Shown: positions 59,625 through 64,000 of the stretch, piece after piece
Layout: each line of letters begins with the position of its first letter
Numbering within the stretch: the first letter of the stretch is position 1
DNA from: Raillietiella orientalis
Lineage: Eukaryota
Direction of reading: 5' to 3'
DNA: 64,000 bases
Assembly: GCA_036172245.1 (NCBI GenBank)
Contig: JAYWIR010000021.1
Coordinates: 1,860,001-1,924,000, forward strand
Notes under the pieces: model-generated
Told to the model about the DNA's origin: nothing
Database searches by the model: none
Seen by the model: only the letters and a program-made list of their open reading frames with translations
Position numbers and translations under genes: made by a program

Positions 59625-61806
59625 GGACACACACACACATACAAAAAAAAACCCAGGCATTCCCGCGACAGGCACTCTTCCTGCATTTTCTCCTGAAATG
59701 GCATCCTGCATCCTACCATCATGGAAGAGAATTCTGTTCTATCTCAAAGAATTCTGACCCTTCCATTTTGAATCCGAACGGAAAGAAGAAGAAAAAAAAG
59801 ACAGGAGATGAACTTGAAAAGGAAACGCTCTCGCAAGAGCAGAGTGCGGCTGCTGGAGCACAAGGAAAAGCCGTCCACGAACGCTGCTGGCATCCAGTGC
59901 CCCTGTTTTCCTGGGAGGATTCCCGTTGAGGAAGCACGAAGTTTCCCCATTTTGCCATTGATGGAAACTGAAGCTGCTGTTTCTGCTTTTCGCAGCTTCA
60001 GGAATTCTCCGAGGGAGCAGAATCCTCTTCCAGGATTCCACTCCAAGTGGGGGAGGGAGAAGGTCAGCACTGCAACGCACTGCTTCGCCCTATACTGGGA
60101 ACAAATTTACTATTTCCACGAATTCGGACCGAAGGAAGTGTTCCCCGAATCCACAGGAGGATCTTGGAATTGGCAAGGTTCTGATTTTCTTCGAAAGCCG
60201 TGCGGAAGGGATCCTTGCTGCTCCCGTATTCTTCTTGGATGGACCCTCTTTTAGTGTCCGAGTTCGTAACAGCCATTCAAGGAGCGAAGCATCTTGAAAT
60301 GTAGAAAAGGAACAGCCAAAGCGAACCCGAAGTTTCAAAACGGTGAGTATGTGGAGGCAGAATGGAAGGGAAAAAAAAGGGAGCAGCCAAAGATTTAGGA
60401 AGCTTCCATTCGACAGCTTCCTTATCTTTGAAGCCTATCGTGCACCTCGATTTTCCATCAAGTGGATGCTGGGTCAAGAGCCTTCGAACGCGACAGCTTT
60501 GAGTGCACACCCTGCCCTTTGGGGAGTATTCTCGTTGAGGACGTAGGAAATTTCCCCATTTTGCCATGCAAAGAAAGCCATGGGCCATGGGCCTATCGCT
60601 TGCACGCTGAAATGATGAATATCTTTCTCCCATCGACCCGCGACCTTCAAGAGTGCCGAATTTTTCTAGCATGATTGTGCACACCGAGTCATCAATCTTG
60701 GGAACCGCAATGATCGAAACCTTATGCTTTCAACTTGCAGCCTTCCTTCCTGGAACCGGCTCCACTTTTCCGTTCTTCGGCTCGTGCTTCCGTTTCCGGA
60801 TTCAACTCTGCATGTTGTGTAGGTGTTTAGGTGTTCGCCTCATCCTGAATGACAGTTGGCATCCTTTGCCCTATAAATTCCATTTCTGCCTTCCCAGATT
60901 TCCGTATCTCATCACCCCAATGTAATCACACAATCATTCGAATTATCCTTCCTACCTAACTGATGGCCCTTTTTGGTTACCATTTGGAGCTGGTTCAACT
61001 ATTTTCGTATATCTTTGGTATGTCTTTAGAACTGTCATTAGGATGCATCGTTTTTATCAAAGTGAGCAGGATTTTAGAGAATAGATTGCAATGATTAGAA
61101 AAAATGCCGTGTTTTTTCTTGAAACAAAGTCAGCACCTTATTCCATATCCATTAAAGTATTCATTCATTCGTCTTCACTCAACTATCAAGTTATCCATTC
61201 CTTTTCTACTTTTCGATAACTTCTCTTAGCTTCTTGGAACATTCCAAGTGCATTCGGCATTTTGTTGACAGCATCCGTATAGAATTTCCTGACGTTTCCG
61301 GGCTGCAAAGAGCGTTCCTGTTTCTGGAAACTCGGAGGATGCTCTCGATGTGAAATCAGTGGCGATAAAGCATCTCCGAGACGTGCCAATCGGATTCCAA
61401 GCTACAGCTGAATAATCTCTACTGAATCTGTGCACACGTCACTGTTCGCGAAGGCAGCATCTTAGACGGAAGCACTCCTCGAGCTGAGCTGCTGTTGCGC
61501 CCTTTCGTGGACCGTGACCGGTTTCAGCCCTGCATGAAATTTCCATTTTTCTCGTGTCCTGAGGCCCTTTTCCCACACGAAAGTACCGCTCAACCTCCCT
61601 CGCTGCGTTCCGGCAACGGCACTTCGCATTGAGAGCACACATTCCATCTTTCAAATTCACCTCTTGGTTTTTCCGTTCGGATTTAAGATGGATCGGGCTT
61701 CTCCGAGGGAGCAGAATCCTCTTCCAGGATTCCACTCCAGGAGAAAATGCAGGAAAAGTGCCTGTTGAGGGCATGCGCGCATTTTGTGTGTGTGTGTGTG
61801 TGTCCA
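59625..61806. mobile_element. MITE/foldback-like structure with (CA)n-tipped inverted termini
   Basis: 59625-59755 is an imperfect inverted copy of 61699-61806. Direct repeats: 60005-60045 equals 61699-61739, and 59916-59958 resembles 60525-60567. Confidence 0.6.
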
Positions 61807-61949
61807 GCATTCGTAGAAGTAGAACCGTTCAGCGCAATGGGGCAGTTCCGTGTTTCCGCTTCCCGGTTGTTCTGAAAGAGTTCCGCTCTCCCTGCAGTGA
61901 GAAGCAAACAGAGGCTAATGGAACGCGTTCTTGTGGATTTTTCTTCAAG

Positions 61950-62950
61950 CACTTCTTTCCTACGATAGGGATCTCTAGTTGGGAATCGGAAAAAAGTTGC
62001 AACACGTGTCGTTTCCTTCCAAAGTCAGGTTAGTAGCACTAGAGTAGCTACTAACCGAAATCTGCAAAGCCGCTTCTTCAGCCAAGAGCTCCACCTTCTC
62101 GACTCGGTACCCACATCTGGACGCAGCGAAAGGGTATTTCAAGAAAGCAGTGAACACCCTCAGCTTATACTTGAGTGATCCAAACCACGAGCTACAAACG
62201 GCATACGAGATGCACTTCCCCTTAGCATAATGGGAAGATGCAGAAGCCTTTGTAGAAGCAAATGCCGCATGACTGCAGCATTTGGCTTCGTGGTTCAGTG
62301 GAGGTGTCTCCCTGGCGACGAACCAGAGGAACACCGACTTTCGGTGTCGAGCGCTCGCGAGGAAAGTCCAAAGAACGGAGGCTGCATTGCTTTCCATCGT
62401 CTGCACCCCAAATGCGCAGCGGGTCTGCATGTTCCTTCCTACTCGAGAGATCCTGAAATTGTGCCTTGAGCATGTTTTAAAGACAGGCAGCTTTCTGGGA
62501 TTTCTGGGAATTGCACGGTGTTTCGCCTCTGTGAGGTCTGTAGCACATTCTCCAAGAAGTGCAAGTACTGGAGAGCCGCTGTCTCTTTGACTCAGCTGCT
62601 GAGCACTGAATTCTGAGGCACTGAATTCAGAGCTCCGTGGTCTTGGAAATTCAGTGCCTTTGCTTCGGTAACCTGATTCTGGTTTTGGTATGCGGAAGCT
62701 GCTGCTCATCGCTTCCATGACAGTGAATCGGATGCAAAGATCAGGCAGCCTAGAACCCCGCATGTCTTGAGAGCGCATCCTGAAGGACACCAAGCTCTTC
62801 CTTGAATTCCAGCCATTCCAAATATAATTTCACTTCATGCGATGGGTTCCACCTGGGAAATGTGCTCACCCTACTCGAGGATTAGGCGCAGGAATGTATA
62901 GCATCTTAATCGGGGGTTGCTAATTTCTTGAACTTGGGTGTCTGAAGCTG
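61950..62950 (-). mobile_element. Possible decayed BEL/Pao RT-RNase H fragment
   Basis: Weak motifs in the expected order: EWLEFKEELGVLQ, LRIWGADD..., FVARETPPL, SSWLKKRLCRF. Confidence 0.3.
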
Positions 62951-64000
62951 AGCAAAGAGAATGAAGTCCTCCTCTCATGAAAAGAGGAGTTCCCCTTTGC
63001 AGCTGCCCTGTGTCACCATCTCGAAACCACTCCTCATTCATTTCCGCGTGTGGCATTTCCTCTGTTGCAACGAAGGCTCAAAGAGTTACCGGAACAAATT
63101 TGTTCGGTGACATTTCTAAGTCTTCATGAGTAGTTCTTGAGCCATCTTAAATAGCAGACGCCCTGCTGGATGACATGGAGTAGGGAATCCGGGAAAACCA
63201 CTGGAGCTTTTCGGCGCTTCTCACACGGACTACGATTAAATGAGTCGTTCCAGAAAGCTCCCAGCACTGGGTGTTCCGACACCCGTGCATCAAAAAAATC
63301 TCAATGCCGGGTGATTCGTTGCTATGAGCGGTAGCAAGCGCATCTTTTAAATCCTTGGCAGCAAACGAGCCTCAGTGATTTCATTTGACAGCCTCCATGA
63401 GGGATTCCGTGAATTCAGGAAGAGCTGCATAGTCACTGCAGGGAGTTCACGCTCGTCGGAGAGAGCAAACGGAGCAAACATACGCGCCTCCAGTGAATTC
63501 CTCATGTGCTCTTGGACAGTCAGCAAAGGTCACATTCTAACAAGTAAGAACTGTGGTTTGGTCTCTGCGTCCCATTTCTTACGCAGTTCCGAAAGGGGAG
63601 TTCACTGCTCCCGTTCCACTCCTGCCAACTCTGTTCCGGGAGCACACTGATACGAAGGGCACCGTGATCTCTTTTGCCATTCTACGATTTGTTTCGTTGA
63701 ACAGTTTGGAACTTTGGTAGCCTTTCCAGGGGAGGAAGGGGGGAGAGGTGCAAAATTCCAGCGTACCAGAGTGCAAAATTCCCAACGTCCTCACTGCATG
63801 CAAGTTCGCCTCGACCCGCCGTGCCAACCACAGAATGAAAAAAAGGGGAAAAAGGCATCCAGCTGTATAAAAAAATTTCTCTTGTCTAGATGTCGTCCTG
63901 GCCTCTGATGCTTCGGGAAGACCTTCTTGGGGGGAAGGAAATTCAAACCACCGGAGTGGATACTTGTGAGAAATGAACGTGTTCTTTGATATCCCAAGTG

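Noticed and set aside
58274..64000. 5' exons of the cadherin gene
   Set aside because: No phase-compatible cadherin-like exon found by eye. They probably lie beyond the window.

Overview
Eukaryotic DNA from an arthropod, probably pancrustacean, rich in repeats. Two host genes can be reconstructed by hand. One is a 3-exon Tweedle/DUF243 cuticle-protein gene on the + strand (CDS 13029-14905) with a TATA box and poly(A) signal. The other is the 3' part of a divergent Cadherin-86C-like gene on the - strand, with at least 14 exons between 31025 and 58273; its 5' exons were not found in the window. The remainder is a mosaic of a ~0.8-kb 28S rDNA pseudogene fragment, about 11 copies of a tRNA-headed SINE-like repeat, a Tigger/pogo fossil, decayed BEL/Pao, Ty3/gypsy and possibly Harbinger fragments, a MITE-like inverted-repeat structure and AT-rich islands. 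Most ORFs in the supplied track are spurious. I found no convincing wholly new biological system. The best leads are the structured SINE-like family and its convergent pairs, the loss of Ca2+-binding motifs in the cadherin, a 44-nt GC-AG intron with a decayed duplicate nearby, and the rDNA fragment with an adjacent snap-back hairpin. Family assignments come from motif recognition and memory; no database searches were run.
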